Assembly: GCA_016295225.1 (NCBI GenBank)
Contig: JAEDLP010000001.1
Location: 10,605 to 74,604 of the forward strand
Direction of reading: 5' to 3'
Source of the DNA: Oscillospiraceae bacterium
GTDB taxonomy: Bacteria; Bacillota; Clostridia; Oscillospirales; Oscillospiraceae
DNA length: 64,000 nucleotides
The stretch's first letter is position 1. Each line of letters begins with the position of its first letter. Below are positions 8,861-18,958 of this stretch, piece after piece. Under the pieces are notes generated by a model. That model worked only from the letters and a program-made list of their open reading frames with translations, was not told the origin of the DNA and made no database searches. Made by a program: the position numbers and the translations under genes.

Positions 8861-9670
8861 ATGAACATACTTGTTTGTATCAAGCAAGTGCCGGACACGA
8901 CCATTATCAAGATCGATCCTGTCACCAACACCCTGATGCGTGAGGGCGTTCCCGCCATCGTCAGCCCCTTCGACGCTTATGCAGTCGAAGCTGCTGCCCG
9001 CATTAAGGACAAGGATAAGAACACCAAGATCTTCATCCTGTCCATGGGTCCCGAGCAGGCTCTGGCAGCTCTGAAGGAGTGCCTGTCTGTCGGCGGCGAC
9101 AAGGCATACCTGGTCTCTGACCGCGCTTGCGGCGGTTCCGACACCCTGGCAACCGGTTACATCCTGGCAAACACCATCAAGAAGATCGAAGAGCTGGAAG
9201 GCCTGAAGTTCGATATGCTGATGTTCGGTAAGCAGGCTATCGACGGCGATACCGCTCAGGTCGGTCCTCAGGTCGCTGAGTACCTGGATTATCCCCAGGT
9301 CACCTACGGCTGGGAAGTTTGGCCCACCGAGGATGGCGCTGGTGTCCGCGTGAAGAAGGAACTGGAAGACGGTTTCGAAATCCTGGAGATGGCTTGCCCC
9401 TGCGCAGTTACCATCACCAAGCCCGACTATGAGCCCCGCTTCCCCACCATCAAGTCCAAGATGGCTGCCAACAAGGCAAAGATCCCCGTTCTGTCCGCAG
9501 CTGACTGCAACCTGGACGTCGAGCAGTCCGGCCTGAAGGGCTCTCCCACCAAGGTTAAGAAGAGCTTCACTCCTCCTCGTAAGGAAGGCGGCCTGAAGAT
9601 CAAGGAAGAGACTCCTGAAGAGTCCGCAAAGAAGCTGTACGACCTGCTCAAGGACAAGGGCGTTATCTAA
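8861..9670 (+). CDS. etfB: Electron transfer flavoprotein beta subunit
   Basis: MNILVCIKQVPDT, GKQAIDGDTAQVGP, GLKGSPT. Confidence 0.96.
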   Translation: MNILVCIKQVPDTTIIKIDPVTNTLMREGVPAIVSPFDAYAVEAAARIKDKDKNTKIFILSMGPEQALAALKECLSVGGDKAYLVSDRACGGSDTLATGYILANTIKKIEELEGLKFDMLMFGKQAIDGDTAQVGPQVAEYLDYPQVTYGWEVWPTEDGAGVRVKKELEDGFEILEMACPCAVTITKPDYEPRFPTIKSKMAANKAKIPVLSAADCNLDVEQSGLKGSPTKVKKSFTPPRKEGGLKIKEETPEESAKKLYDLLKDKGVI

Positions 9671-9691
9671 TAGAGGGGAGGACGAAGAACA

Positions 9692-10711
9692 ATGTTACAG
9701 ACTAGCTATGAAGCAAAGAGCAAGGACCTGTGGGTCTTTATTGAGACCAAGAACGGCAAGGCAAGAAACGTTGGCCTGGAGCTGCTGAACCCCGGCCGCC
9801 GTCTGGCTGCTATCCAGGGCGGTAAGACCGTCGCTCTGGTCATCGGTTACAACTGCGACGAGGCTGTTAAGGATGCTATCGCATACGGCGCTGACAAGGT
9901 CCTGGTTGTCGACAACGAGGTCTATGATCACTACAGCACCGACGCATACACCGCTGCTATCGTGCACTGCGTCGAGAACGACTGCCCCACCTCCATCCTG
10001 ATGGGCGCATCCCCCCTGGGCCGTGACCTGGGCCCCCGTGTCGCTGGTCGTCTGAGAACCGGTCTGACCGCAGACTGCACCTCTCTGGACATCGACGAGG
10101 CTACTGGTAAGGTCGCTTGGACCCGTCCCGCATTCGGTGGTAACCTGATGGCTACCATCCTGTGCCCCTTCACCTTCCCCCAGATCGGTACCTGCCGTCC
10201 CGGCGTCAACAAGAAGCTGGAGCCCGACTACAACCGTACCGCTGATGTTGAGAAGATCGACTTCGTGTTCCCCGCTGACAAGATCCGCATCAAGGTCATC
10301 GAGACCATCGCTGAGGAAGGCGAGAAGGTCGACCTGGAAGGCGCTGAGATCATCGTCTCCGGTGGCCGTGGTCTGGGTGGCCCCGAGGGCTTCGAGACCG
10401 TGATTAAGCCTCTGGCTGACGCACTGGGCGGCGTTGTTGGCTCCTCCCGTGCAGCAGTTGACGCTGGCTGGATCCCCCACTCCCACCAGGTTGGCCAGAC
10501 CGGTAAGACCGTCGGCCCCAAGCTGTATGTCGCATGCGGCATCTCCGGCGCTATCCAGCACCTGGCTGGCATGGGCTCCTCTGACTTCATCGTCTGCATC
10601 AACAAGGACGTTGAGGCTCCCATCTTCGGCGTGGCTGACCTGGGTGTTGTTGGCAACCTGTATGACGTCTGCCCCGCTCTGACCAAGCTGATCCTGGCTG
10701 ACAAGGACTAA
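9692..10711 (+). CDS. etfA: Electron transfer flavoprotein alpha subunit
   Basis: GLTADCT, RPAFGGN, QVGQTGKTV, GISGAIQH. Confidence 0.96.
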   Translation: MLQTSYEAKSKDLWVFIETKNGKARNVGLELLNPGRRLAAIQGGKTVALVIGYNCDEAVKDAIAYGADKVLVVDNEVYDHYSTDAYTAAIVHCVENDCPTSILMGASPLGRDLGPRVAGRLRTGLTADCTSLDIDEATGKVAWTRPAFGGNLMATILCPFTFPQIGTCRPGVNKKLEPDYNRTADVEKIDFVFPADKIRIKVIETIAEEGEKVDLEGAEIIVSGGRGLGGPEGFETVIKPLADALGGVVGSSRAAVDAGWIPHSHQVGQTGKTVGPKLYVACGISGAIQHLAGMGSSDFIVCINKDVEAPIFGVADLGVVGNLYDVCPALTKLILADKD

Positions 10712-10746
10712 TTTCGTCAAAAAATAAAAATTTAATATACCCACGC

Positions 10747-10771
10747 GCCTCCCCCGCAAAGCGGGGGAGGC
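10747..10771 (+). other. Intercistronic GC-rich hairpin without U tract
   Basis: GCCTCCCCCGC-aaa-GCGGGGGAGGC, perfect 11-bp stem. Confidence 0.7.
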
Positions 10772-10798
10772 CCCCCGATGGGAAAGAAAGGAAAAACT

Positions 10799-11944
10799 AT
10801 GGATTTCAAGTTCAACGAGATGGAGCAGGAAATCATCGACATGCTGCATGATTTCTGCATCAAGGAAGTTAAGCCTATCGCTGCAGAGCTGGATGAGAAG
10901 GAAGAGTTCACTCAGAACGCTCGCGAGAAGCTGGCTGAGATGGGTATGCTGGGCACCTATATTCCCGAGGAATATGGCGGCGCTGGCCTGTCCTACCTGA
11001 CCTACATCGCATGCTGCGAGGAGCTGGCAAAGTACTGCGCTTCCACCTCCATCATGTTCTCTGTTCACGGTTCTCTGTGCTCCTGGCCCATCCTGGAGTT
11101 CGGCACCGAGGAGCAGAAGCAGAAGTACCTGGTTCCCCTGGCACAGGGCGAGAAGCTGGGCGCTATGGGTCTGACCGAGCCCTCTGCTGGTACTGACGCT
11201 GCTGGCGTCCGCACCACCGCTGTCCTGAAGGGCGACAAGTACATCCTGAACGGCACCAAGATCTTCATCACCAACGGCTACTATGCAGATACCTATGTTA
11301 TCTTTGCTCGTACCAACCCCGATCTGAGCGTTGGCCACAAGGGCCTGTCCGCCTTCATCGTTGAGAAGGGCTTCAAGGGCTTCAGCTTCGGCACCAAGGA
11401 GAAGAAGATGGGCATCCGTGCTTCCGCTACCTACGAGCTGGTCTTCGATGACTGCGAGGTCCCCGCAGAGAACCTGCTGGGCAAGGAAGGCGAAGGCTTC
11501 AAGATCGCTATGCAGCTGCTGGACGGCGGCCGTATCGGCGTCGGCGCTCAGGCTCTGGGTATTGCTCAGGGTGCTATCGATGAGGCTATTCCTTATCTGA
11601 AGCAGCGCAAGCAGTTCGGCAAGCCCCTGTCCGCTTTCCAGAACACTCAGTTCGAGCTGGCTGACATGCAGACCAAGGTTGACGCTTCCCGTCTGCTGCT
11701 GTATCGTGCTGCTGAAGCTAAGGCTGCTCACGAGCCCTACAGCCACCTGGCTGCTATGGGCAAGCTGTTCGCTTCCGAGGTTGCTTCCGACGTCACCCGT
11801 CGCGTTGTTCAGCTGATCGGCGGCTGCGGCTACACCCGTGAGTATCCCTTCGAGCGCATGATGCGTGACGCTAAGATCACCGAGATCTATGAGGGTACTA
11901 GCGAAGTTCAGAGAATGGTTATCTCCGGCTGGATGCTGAAGTAA
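10799..11944 (+). CDS. Acyl-CoA dehydrogenase (butyryl-CoA dehydrogenase-like)
   Basis: LTEPSAGTD, GTKIFITNG, EKKMGIRAS, RKQFGK, IYEGTSEVQ; ATG after AAGGAA. Confidence 0.95.
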   Translation: MDFKFNEMEQEIIDMLHDFCIKEVKPIAAELDEKEEFTQNAREKLAEMGMLGTYIPEEYGGAGLSYLTYIACCEELAKYCASTSIMFSVHGSLCSWPILEFGTEEQKQKYLVPLAQGEKLGAMGLTEPSAGTDAAGVRTTAVLKGDKYILNGTKIFITNGYYADTYVIFARTNPDLSVGHKGLSAFIVEKGFKGFSFGTKEKKMGIRASATYELVFDDCEVPAENLLGKEGEGFKIAMQLLDGGRIGVGAQALGIAQGAIDEAIPYLKQRKQFGKPLSAFQNTQFELADMQTKVDASRLLLYRAAEAKAAHEPYSHLAAMGKLFASEVASDVTRRVVQLIGGCGYTREYPFERMMRDAKITEIYEGTSEVQRMVISGWMLK

Positions 11945-11975
11945 TTGATACTCTGTCTCGTTTTTTAAGAAATTC

Positions 11976-12012
11976 AAGAAGGCGCAGTGGCTTGCCGCTG
12001 CGCCTTCTTTCT
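11976..12012 (+). terminator. Rho-independent terminator
   Basis: AAGAAGGCGCAG/CTGCGCCTTCTT followed by T. Confidence 0.85.
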
Positions 12013-12031
12013 ATTCGGAAAAGAGGACCTT

Positions 12032-12595
12032 ATGTATATTGACACAACCTTATATACTGGCCGTCCTGCCGACTGCACTGGCCGCCTGGAGAAAGAGGTG
12101 GCCTGCTATGACCTCCTGGACGCCCTTGGCATCTCCTATCAGCGTGTGGATCACGATGCGGCGGATACCATCACGGCATGTGAAGAGGTGGAAGGCTATT
12201 TGGGCGCCAAGATATGCAAAAACTTAGTGCTGTGCAACCGCCAGAAGACGGATTTCTATCTCCTGCTGATGGACGGGGAGAAACCCTTCCACACCAAGGA
12301 CCTCTCCAAGCAGATCGGGTCCTCCCGTCTGTCGTTTGCTCCTCCGGAGGAGATGGAGAAGTACTTGGGGGTAACTCCGGGTTCCGCTACGATTCTGGCT
12401 CTGATGAACGACAAGGAGCATAAGGTGCGTCTGGTTCTGGACCGGTCGGTGGCTGACGGCGATGTGTTTGGCTGCCATCCCTGCATCAACACCTCCTCTC
12501 TTGCCCTGTCCATGAAGGAAATTCGCAGTAAGTTCTTACCCCATCTGGGGATTGAAGCCATGATCGTTGACCTCCCCGATGATCGGGAAGGGTGA
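12032..12595 (+). CDS. YbaK/ProX-family aminoacyl-tRNA editing protein
   Basis: CKNLVLCN, RLSFA, LGVTPGS, HPCINTSS. Confidence 0.9.
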   Translation: MYIDTTLYTGRPADCTGRLEKEVACYDLLDALGISYQRVDHDAADTITACEEVEGYLGAKICKNLVLCNRQKTDFYLLLMDGEKPFHTKDLSKQIGSSRLSFAPPEEMEKYLGVTPGSATILALMNDKEHKVRLVLDRSVADGDVFGCHPCINTSSLALSMKEIRSKFLPHLGIEAMIVDLPDDREG

Positions 12596-12743
12596 GTGGA
12601 CATGACGAGAAGACCCATGTTGCCGGAAGAAATCCGACAATGTGGGTTTTCTTATTGTGTGGGAAAAAACCATTGTCCTGTGGAAATCTATCTGTGGGTA
12701 TGATATAATAATTTGCTAAACTTATTGTGGTGGAGGAAATGTC

Positions 12744-13832
12744 ATGCAGATTAGAGGAAGACAGTTGGCCTTCACTTGGATCGGGTGTTTCCTTGGGGCT
12801 GGATTTGTGTCCGGTCAGGAAATCAGCCAGTTTTTCAATCACTTTGGGCTTTCCGGTCTTCTGGGGCAGGTTGGAGCCGTCCTTTTGCTCTCCCTGCTCT
12901 GCGGTGTTGTTTTTTCCCTGTCGAAGAAGACCGGGCGCAGCGAGGTTCATGAAATCGCAGTGCCTTTGGAGAATCCCCTTTTGCGTGGCGTGGCAGTGGT
13001 CGTTGCGATCTCCTACATGTTTGGTATTTATGTAGTCATGTGCGCTGGTGTCGGCACTTTGCTGGAGCAGCTGACAGGCAGTTATATTTTGTGCCTGGTT
13101 TGCAGCGCGGTCTTTTGCGCAGTGATTACGGCCGTTGCAATTCACGGGATGGGCGGTGCGATCCGGGTCTTTTCCAAGATCATGCCGGTGCTGGTGGCCT
13201 TATCCCTGGTGGTGGTGGCCGCCGGACTTCTGACCTTTGCCAGGGATGGCCTTCAGTTCCAACCTGCCGCCACGAAAAATCCTGTGGTGAACCAATGGCT
13301 GCTGGCGGCGGTGACTTACGTGTCCTACAATTTTTTGTCGGGCATCGGCACGTTGGCGCCTCTGGGTACGATGGTCCGTTCTCCCCGGGATATCCGTGAA
13401 GGTGTTTTACTGGGCGGCGGTATCTTGTTGGCGGTGTCCTTTGGAATCCACCTAGCCATGGCGGCCCTGCCTGTGAGCACAGAGGCGGAGCTGCCTATGC
13501 TGTACCTGGCCGGAGCGCTCAGTCCGCTGCTGGAGGGGGCGTATGCCGTGGTGATTTTCTTGGGGATGTTTGGTGCCTCCATGTCGGTTTTTGTTCCCGT
13601 GCCCCAGTACTTATTTCGATTTCCACGCTTTCAGAGACATCCCGTTCTTGTGCCGGTGGCCCTGAGCGCGGCAGCGTTTTTTCTCAGTCAGGCTGGATTC
13701 AGTGATTTGATCGGTACAATCTATCCCTTGTATGGATTTGTTGGCTTTTTGTATATTGCGGGTATCCTGGCCCATGCGTGGATGACCCGTCAAAGGAGAA
13801 AAACAGGAGGAGACCATGGTACGAATCAGTAA
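12744..13832 (+). CDS. YkvI-like integral membrane protein
   Basis: IGCFLGAGFVSGQEI..FF motif, YVSYN, GFSDLIGTIYP; about 10 TM segments. Confidence 0.85.
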   Translation: MQIRGRQLAFTWIGCFLGAGFVSGQEISQFFNHFGLSGLLGQVGAVLLLSLLCGVVFSLSKKTGRSEVHEIAVPLENPLLRGVAVVVAISYMFGIYVVMCAGVGTLLEQLTGSYILCLVCSAVFCAVITAVAIHGMGGAIRVFSKIMPVLVALSLVVVAAGLLTFARDGLQFQPAATKNPVVNQWLLAAVTYVSYNFLSGIGTLAPLGTMVRSPRDIREGVLLGGGILLAVSFGIHLAMAALPVSTEAELPMLYLAGALSPLLEGAYAVVIFLGMFGASMSVFVPVPQYLFRFPRFQRHPVLVPVALSAAAFFLSQAGFSDLIGTIYPLYGFVGFLYIAGILAHAWMTRQRRKTGGDHGTNQ

Positions 13833-15402
13833 TTTGATCTTACCTCCCGATGGAGATCCCTCTCTGCTGAAAAAGAAGGCGGCGAGGGTATTGGGGGTTC
13901 CGGTGGGCAAACTCCACCGGTGTGTCCCGGTGCGGCAGTCTATCGACGCACGAAAAAAGAACAACGTTCACTATGTGATGACGGTTGACGTGTCCCTTTC
14001 CCAGGAGGAAGAGGTGGTGCGTCGGGTCAAGGATAAGAATGTAAAGCTGCAGGAGGAACCGGCTGCCTATCAGTTTCCCGCAGTGACCCGTGGGTCTTCC
14101 CTCCAGCCTGTGGTGGTGGGCAGCGGTCCCGCCGGGCTTCTGGCCTCCCTGTGTCTTGCCCGTGCCGGCCTGCGTCCCATCCTGCTGGAGCGTGGACAGG
14201 CTCTGGAACAGCGGGTGAAGGATGTGGAGGCCTTTTGGGGCGGGGGAGACCTGGACCCGGAATCCAACGTGCAGTTTGGCGAAGGGGGCGCAGGAACCTT
14301 TTCCGACGGTAAGCTCACCACCGGCACCCATGACCCCCGCATTTCTCACGTGATGCAGACCTTTGTTGGGGCGGGGGCTCCGGAGGATATCCTCTGGCAG
14401 CACAAGCCTCACGTGGGTACCGACCTCCTTCGGCGGGTGGTGAAGAACATCCGGGAGGAGATCAAAAGGCTGGGCGGCGAGGTGCGCTTTGGCCACCGCC
14501 TGACGGACATGAAAACGGTGGGGGATCAGCTCACGGAGATCGTGGTGGATGACGGAGGCAGCACCTACACCATGGCCTGTGACGCGCTGATCCTGGCCCC
14601 CGGCCACTCGGCCCGGGATACCTTCCGGATGCTGCGGGAGGCCGGCGCCGAGATGGAGCAGAAGCCCTTTGCCATCGGCGTGCGCATCGAGCATAAGCAG
14701 GAGAACATCAGCCGGGCCCAGTTTGGAGAGGCCTGGGAGAAGCTCCCTCCGGCGGACTACAAGCTGGTCTGCCACCTGCCCAGCGGCCGGTCGGCCTATA
14801 CCTTCTGCGTCTGTCCCGGCGGACAGATCGTGGCGGCGGCCTCCCATCCCGGGATGCTGGTGACCAACGGTATGAGCAACCGGGCACGGGACGGCCAGTA
14901 TATCAACGGCGGCTTCCTGGTGGGGGTTCAGCCCCAGGACTTTGGCAGCGACGACCCGCTGGCCGGCGTGGCTTTCCAGGAGATTTGGGAGAGAAAGGCA
15001 TACGCCTATGGCCGTCCGGGTTATGAGGCCCCGGCCCAGCGGGTGGGCGATTTTCTGCGGGGGGTCCCCAGTCCTGTTGGGCTGACCAACCGCAGCACCT
15101 ATCGGCCTGACGTCTGCTTTGGCGACCTGCGGGAGACCCTGCCTGCCTTTGTCACCGATTCCCTGGCGGAAGCCCTTCCCGTCCTGGACCGCAAGCTCCA
15201 TGGGTTCGGTGCGCCGGACGCCTTGATGGTGGGGGTAGAGACCCGCTCCTCCTCACCGGTACGCCTTCTGCGGGACCGGAGCTATCAGTCCAACATCCGT
15301 GGACTCTATCCCTGCGGAGAGGGCGCCGGGTATGCCGGCGGCATCGTTTCCGCAGCGGTGGACGGTATCCGGGTAGCGGAAGCAGTTGCGGCCCCTCTTT
15401 GA
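13816..15402 (+). CDS. FAD-dependent oxidoreductase (COG2509-like)
   Basis: VVGSGPAG, FGEGGAGTFSDGKL, HVGTD, GEGAGYAGGIVSAAVDG. Confidence 0.88.
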   Translation: MVRISNLILPPDGDPSLLKKKAARVLGVPVGKLHRCVPVRQSIDARKKNNVHYVMTVDVSLSQEEEVVRRVKDKNVKLQEEPAAYQFPAVTRGSSLQPVVVGSGPAGLLASLCLARAGLRPILLERGQALEQRVKDVEAFWGGGDLDPESNVQFGEGGAGTFSDGKLTTGTHDPRISHVMQTFVGAGAPEDILWQHKPHVGTDLLRRVVKNIREEIKRLGGEVRFGHRLTDMKTVGDQLTEIVVDDGGSTYTMACDALILAPGHSARDTFRMLREAGAEMEQKPFAIGVRIEHKQENISRAQFGEAWEKLPPADYKLVCHLPSGRSAYTFCVCPGGQIVAAASHPGMLVTNGMSNRARDGQYINGGFLVGVQPQDFGSDDPLAGVAFQEIWERKAYAYGRPGYEAPAQRVGDFLRGVPSPVGLTNRSTYRPDVCFGDLRETLPAFVTDSLAEALPVLDRKLHGFGAPDALMVGVETRSSSPVRLLRDRSYQSNIRGLYPCGEGAGYAGGIVSAAVDGIRVAEAVAAPL

Positions 15403-15510
15403 CGATGTGCAGAAATGCTGCCGATTTAAGAAGAGATAGTTGCAATTGAGGGGTAAAATGGTATATAATAAATCGTTATGATATAGCACTTATAATAAGG
15501 AGTGAACACC

Positions 15511-17205
15511 ATGGCGGAAGAAACCATGAGCACGAATTTTATTCATGCGATCATTGAAGAGGAATTACAGCCGGGAGGACGCTGCGAAGGCAAAAAAGTC
15601 CACACCCGTTTCCCGCCGGAGCCCAACGGCTACCTGCATATCGGCCACTGCAAGGCCCTGACCATCGACTTTGGCACCGCAGAAAAATACGGCGGTATCT
15701 GCAACCTGCGGATGGACGATACCAACCCCGCCAAGGAGGACACCGAGTATGTGGACGCCATCCAGGAGGATATCCACTGGCTGGGCTTTGACTGGGACGA
15801 CCGGTTCTTCTACGGTTCGGATTACTTCGAAAAGACCTATGAGCTGGCAGTGGCCCTCATCAAGAAGGGACTGGCCTATGTCTGTGAGCTGACCCCCGAG
15901 CAGTTCAGGGAATACCGGGGCGATACCACGACCCCTGCCCAGAGCCCCTGGCGTGACCGCCCTGTGGAGGAGAGCCTGGAGCTCTTTGAGCGGATGAAGA
16001 ACGGCGAGTTTGAAGAGGGTAAGTACACCCTCCGTGCCAAGATCGACCTGGCCTCCGGCAACTTCAACATGCGTGACCCGGTGCTCTACCGCATCCGGTA
16101 CATTGAACATCACCGTCAGGGTACCAAGTGGTGCATCTTCCCCATGTACGATTTTGCCCACCCCATCCAGGACGCTCTGGAGGGCATTACCCACTCTCTT
16201 TGCTCCTTGGAGTATGAGAACCATCGTCCCCTGTACGACTGGGTGGTGAACAATTGCGACCTGCCCAGCCGGCCCCGTCAGATCGAGTTTGCCCGCCTTG
16301 GCATCAACTACACGGTCATGTCCAAGCGTAAGCTCCGCCTGCTGGTGGAAGAGGGGATGGTCTCTGGCTGGGATGACCCCCGTATGCCCACCCTCTGCGG
16401 ACTGCGCCGCCGGGGTTATACCCCCAAGGCCATCCGCTCCTTCTGCGAGCGGATCGGCGTGTCCAAGGTGGACTCCACCGTGGACTGGGCCTTCCTGGAG
16501 TCCTGCCTGCGGGATGACCTGAACGAGTCTGCCAAGCGGGTGATGGCGGTTCTGCATCCTGTGAAGCTCACCATCACCAACTACCCAGAGGGCCAGAGCG
16601 AGGAGCTCCCCGTGGAGAACAATCCCGTGGACCCCGCCTCCGGCGAGCGTATGGTTACCTTCTCCCGTCACCTGTATATCGAGGCCGACGATTTCATGGA
16701 GGAGCCCATCCCCAAGTATAAGCGACTGACCCCCGGCGGTTCGGAATGCCGTCTGAAGGGTGCTTACCTGATCCGTCCCACTGGCTGCGTGAAGGACGAG
16801 AACGGAAACGTAGTGGAAGTTCTCTGCGAGTACGATCCTGAGTCCAAGGGCGGCAACCCCGCCGACGGCCGTAAGGTCAAGGGCGCGACCATCCACTGGG
16901 TGGATGCGGAGACCGCTGTGGATGCGGAGGTCCGTCTTTACGACTACCTCTTCTCCGATCCCGCGCCCGACGGCCCCGACAAGAACTTCCTGGATTTCCT
17001 GAACCCCGAAAGTCTCCAGGTTCTGACTGGCTGCAAGGTGGAGAAGAGACTGGCTGAGACCGCGATGCCCGAAAGGGGGAAGACCGCCGAGGCCTTCCAG
17101 TTTATGCGCCAGGGTTACTTCTGCCTGGACAGCAAGGACGCTGCGCCCGGTCACCTGGTCTTCAACCGGAGCGTTTCCCTGAAGGACAGCTTCAAGAAGA
17201 AGTAA
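15511..17205 (+). CDS. glnS: Glutamine--tRNA ligase
   Basis: TRFPPEPNGYLHIGH, MSKRKL, GWDDPRMPT, FQFMRQGYF. Confidence 0.97.
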   Translation: MAEETMSTNFIHAIIEEELQPGGRCEGKKVHTRFPPEPNGYLHIGHCKALTIDFGTAEKYGGICNLRMDDTNPAKEDTEYVDAIQEDIHWLGFDWDDRFFYGSDYFEKTYELAVALIKKGLAYVCELTPEQFREYRGDTTTPAQSPWRDRPVEESLELFERMKNGEFEEGKYTLRAKIDLASGNFNMRDPVLYRIRYIEHHRQGTKWCIFPMYDFAHPIQDALEGITHSLCSLEYENHRPLYDWVVNNCDLPSRPRQIEFARLGINYTVMSKRKLRLLVEEGMVSGWDDPRMPTLCGLRRRGYTPKAIRSFCERIGVSKVDSTVDWAFLESCLRDDLNESAKRVMAVLHPVKLTITNYPEGQSEELPVENNPVDPASGERMVTFSRHLYIEADDFMEEPIPKYKRLTPGGSECRLKGAYLIRPTGCVKDENGNVVEVLCEYDPESKGGNPADGRKVKGATIHWVDAETAVDAEVRLYDYLFSDPAPDGPDKNFLDFLNPESLQVLTGCKVEKRLAETAMPERGKTAEAFQFMRQGYFCLDSKDAAPGHLVFNRSVSLKDSFKKK

Positions 17206-17350
17206 GATGCTGCAAATTTCGGGAAAAGAAGGGAAAAGAAAACGCTCGGATTGCCTTGCGAAAAAGGAACTTTTCTGCTATAATAGTCTGGATTTTGTAT
17301 GTATATTCCCGAGGGATATGCAGTCCTGAAATAGGGAGTGTTTTCACCGT

Positions 17351-18163
17351 ATGAAGAAAAACGAAACAAAGACTGGAAGAACAAAGCCGGTGGATGTTCG
17401 AACCAGAGAGCAGATGGAGGATCGCGCCTTTAACCGGATGCTGCTCTGGCTGGCGGCCACCGTTGTGGTGGAAGTGGTCATGCTCCTCGTGAACCGCTTC
17501 TATGTCCACGCCCGGGTGGAAGAGCTGAGCGCCCTTCCCGCCCTGTACACGATTTTGGGGATCGCCCCCATTGTGGGAATCGTGCTGTGCGCTCTGCTCC
17601 TGTTCTGGGGGTTCCGGATTCGGAAAAATGATGAGGTACCCCAGGATGGGATGATTCAGTTTGTCCTGGCAGCTGCGTTCCTGTGCATGGGCATCGGCGG
17701 CTACGTAATGCGAACCTACGGCGTTGTCGGCGCTCCCGTGGTCCTGGGGGTGGTTCCTGCTCTGGGCGTTTTGATGCTGGTCTTCTACCTGTACCAGAAG
17801 GAATTCTTCGGCTGTGCCATTGCGGGCGGCCTGGGCATCTTGGGTATGTGGATTTTCCGCACCTCTGTCCGCGGATCTACCTATTACGGGTACTTGGTGG
17901 TGGCTCTGGTAATCATCGCCTTGGGCGCTGTTCTGGCCGTGTCTCTGAAGAAGAAAAACGGCGCGATCATCATCAAGGGGAAGGAATTTGACCTCCTTCA
18001 GCCTGGTGCTGCCTATCCTGCCTACTATCTGACGGCAGTGATCAGCGCAGTGATCCTGCTGGCTCCTTTGGCCCTGGGCGCGGCTATGGCTTACTATGCC
18101 ATCTGGGTGATGGCGGCTTGGCTGTTTATTCTGGCTGTGTACTTCACCTCTAAGCTGATGTAA
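17351..18163 (+). CDS. Hypothetical multi-pass membrane protein
   Basis: About 8 hydrophobic segments; upstream TTGCGA-17-TATAAT promoter. Confidence 0.75.
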   Translation: MKKNETKTGRTKPVDVRTREQMEDRAFNRMLLWLAATVVVEVVMLLVNRFYVHARVEELSALPALYTILGIAPIVGIVLCALLLFWGFRIRKNDEVPQDGMIQFVLAAAFLCMGIGGYVMRTYGVVGAPVVLGVVPALGVLMLVFYLYQKEFFGCAIAGGLGILGMWIFRTSVRGSTYYGYLVVALVIIALGAVLAVSLKKKNGAIIIKGKEFDLLQPGAAYPAYYLTAVISAVILLAPLALGAAMAYYAIWVMAAWLFILAVYFTSKLM

Positions 18164-18167
18164 CGGA

Positions 18168-18203
18168 AAAACTCCCCGTTGGATGAACCGACGGGGAGTT
18201 TTT
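18168..18203. terminator. Bidirectional terminator
   Basis: AAAACTCCCCGTTGG/CCGACGGGGAGTTTT between convergent genes. Confidence 0.85.
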
Positions 18204-18212
18204 ATCTATTTT

Positions 18213-18830
18213 TTACCGTTCCCAGCCAATGAGGAGGCAGCCGTCTTCCACTTCGATCTCCACGGGCTGACCCTGGAAGTGGTTGCTGACGCCCAGGGGG
18301 AAGAAGGGGGAGAGCGGGGCGCAGTCCAGGGGATATTGAGCGCCGCGGATGGAAACCCCATGGGCTTCCGAACCCAAGCAAAACACCGAGAAGATGCCTT
18401 CTTTCCGGGGGGAAAGGGAAAGACGATCGTCTTTGATGGCGGTAAAAACATACCCCTCATCGTAGAGATACCCTCTGGCCCCTTCCTGGGCCAGGTAGGC
18501 CAGAGCCTGGAGATTGGCCAGGGTGTGATCCATGCGGCCACCTGTGCCGCCATAGAGGTGGAAGACCCGATGCCCCAGGTCCAGCCCCAGCTTGATGGCC
18601 AGCATGGTATCGGTGTCGTCCTTCTCCACAGGGAACTTCTTGGATTCCAGTTCAGGCGGCAGGGCGTCCAGGGAATCAAAATCGCCCAGCAGCAGATCGG
18701 GCTGCAGGCCAACGGCCAAACAATGGCGATAGCCTCCGTCGGCGGCCAGGACGCGATCTCCGGGCTTTGGGGTTTCCACAAGGCCGTAGAAGGGTCCCGC
18801 GCCAAAAATAAAGCATGCGGGATCAGACAT
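18213..18830 (-). CDS. thiN: Thiamine diphosphokinase
   Basis: AADGG, GDFDS, EKDDTD, GGRMDHTLAN, GVSN. Confidence 0.95.
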   Translation of the reverse strand: MSDPACFIFGAGPFYGLVETPKPGDRVLAADGGYRHCLAVGLQPDLLLGDFDSLDALPPELESKKFPVEKDDTDTMLAIKLGLDLGHRVFHLYGGTGGRMDHTLANLQALAYLAQEGARGYLYDEGYVFTAIKDDRLSLSPRKEGIFSVFCLGSEAHGVSIRGAQYPLDCAPLSPFFPLGVSNHFQGQPVEIEVEDGCLLIGWER

Positions 18831-18958
18831 AGGAACAGACTCCTTTCAGTGGGAACATAGGTCCCCTTTATGGTATCACGTTCTTGTCCGCTTGACCAGA
18901 GGGCAATTTTCTGGTAGACTAAACTATCTAAAACACGGGAAAAAGGGAGGTTAAGACT

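Noticed and set aside
9695..11977. 760-aa antisense ORF across etfA-acd (also 729-1922, 15565-17154, 49733-51079)
   Set aside because: Shadow ORFs in register with strongly biased sense genes, which avoid TTA/CTA/TCA codons; no RBS or recognisable motifs.
15403..15510. T-box leader before glnS (and before proC at 43746-43840)
   Set aside because: Leaders are too short and lack the GGTGGNACCGCG T-box motif.
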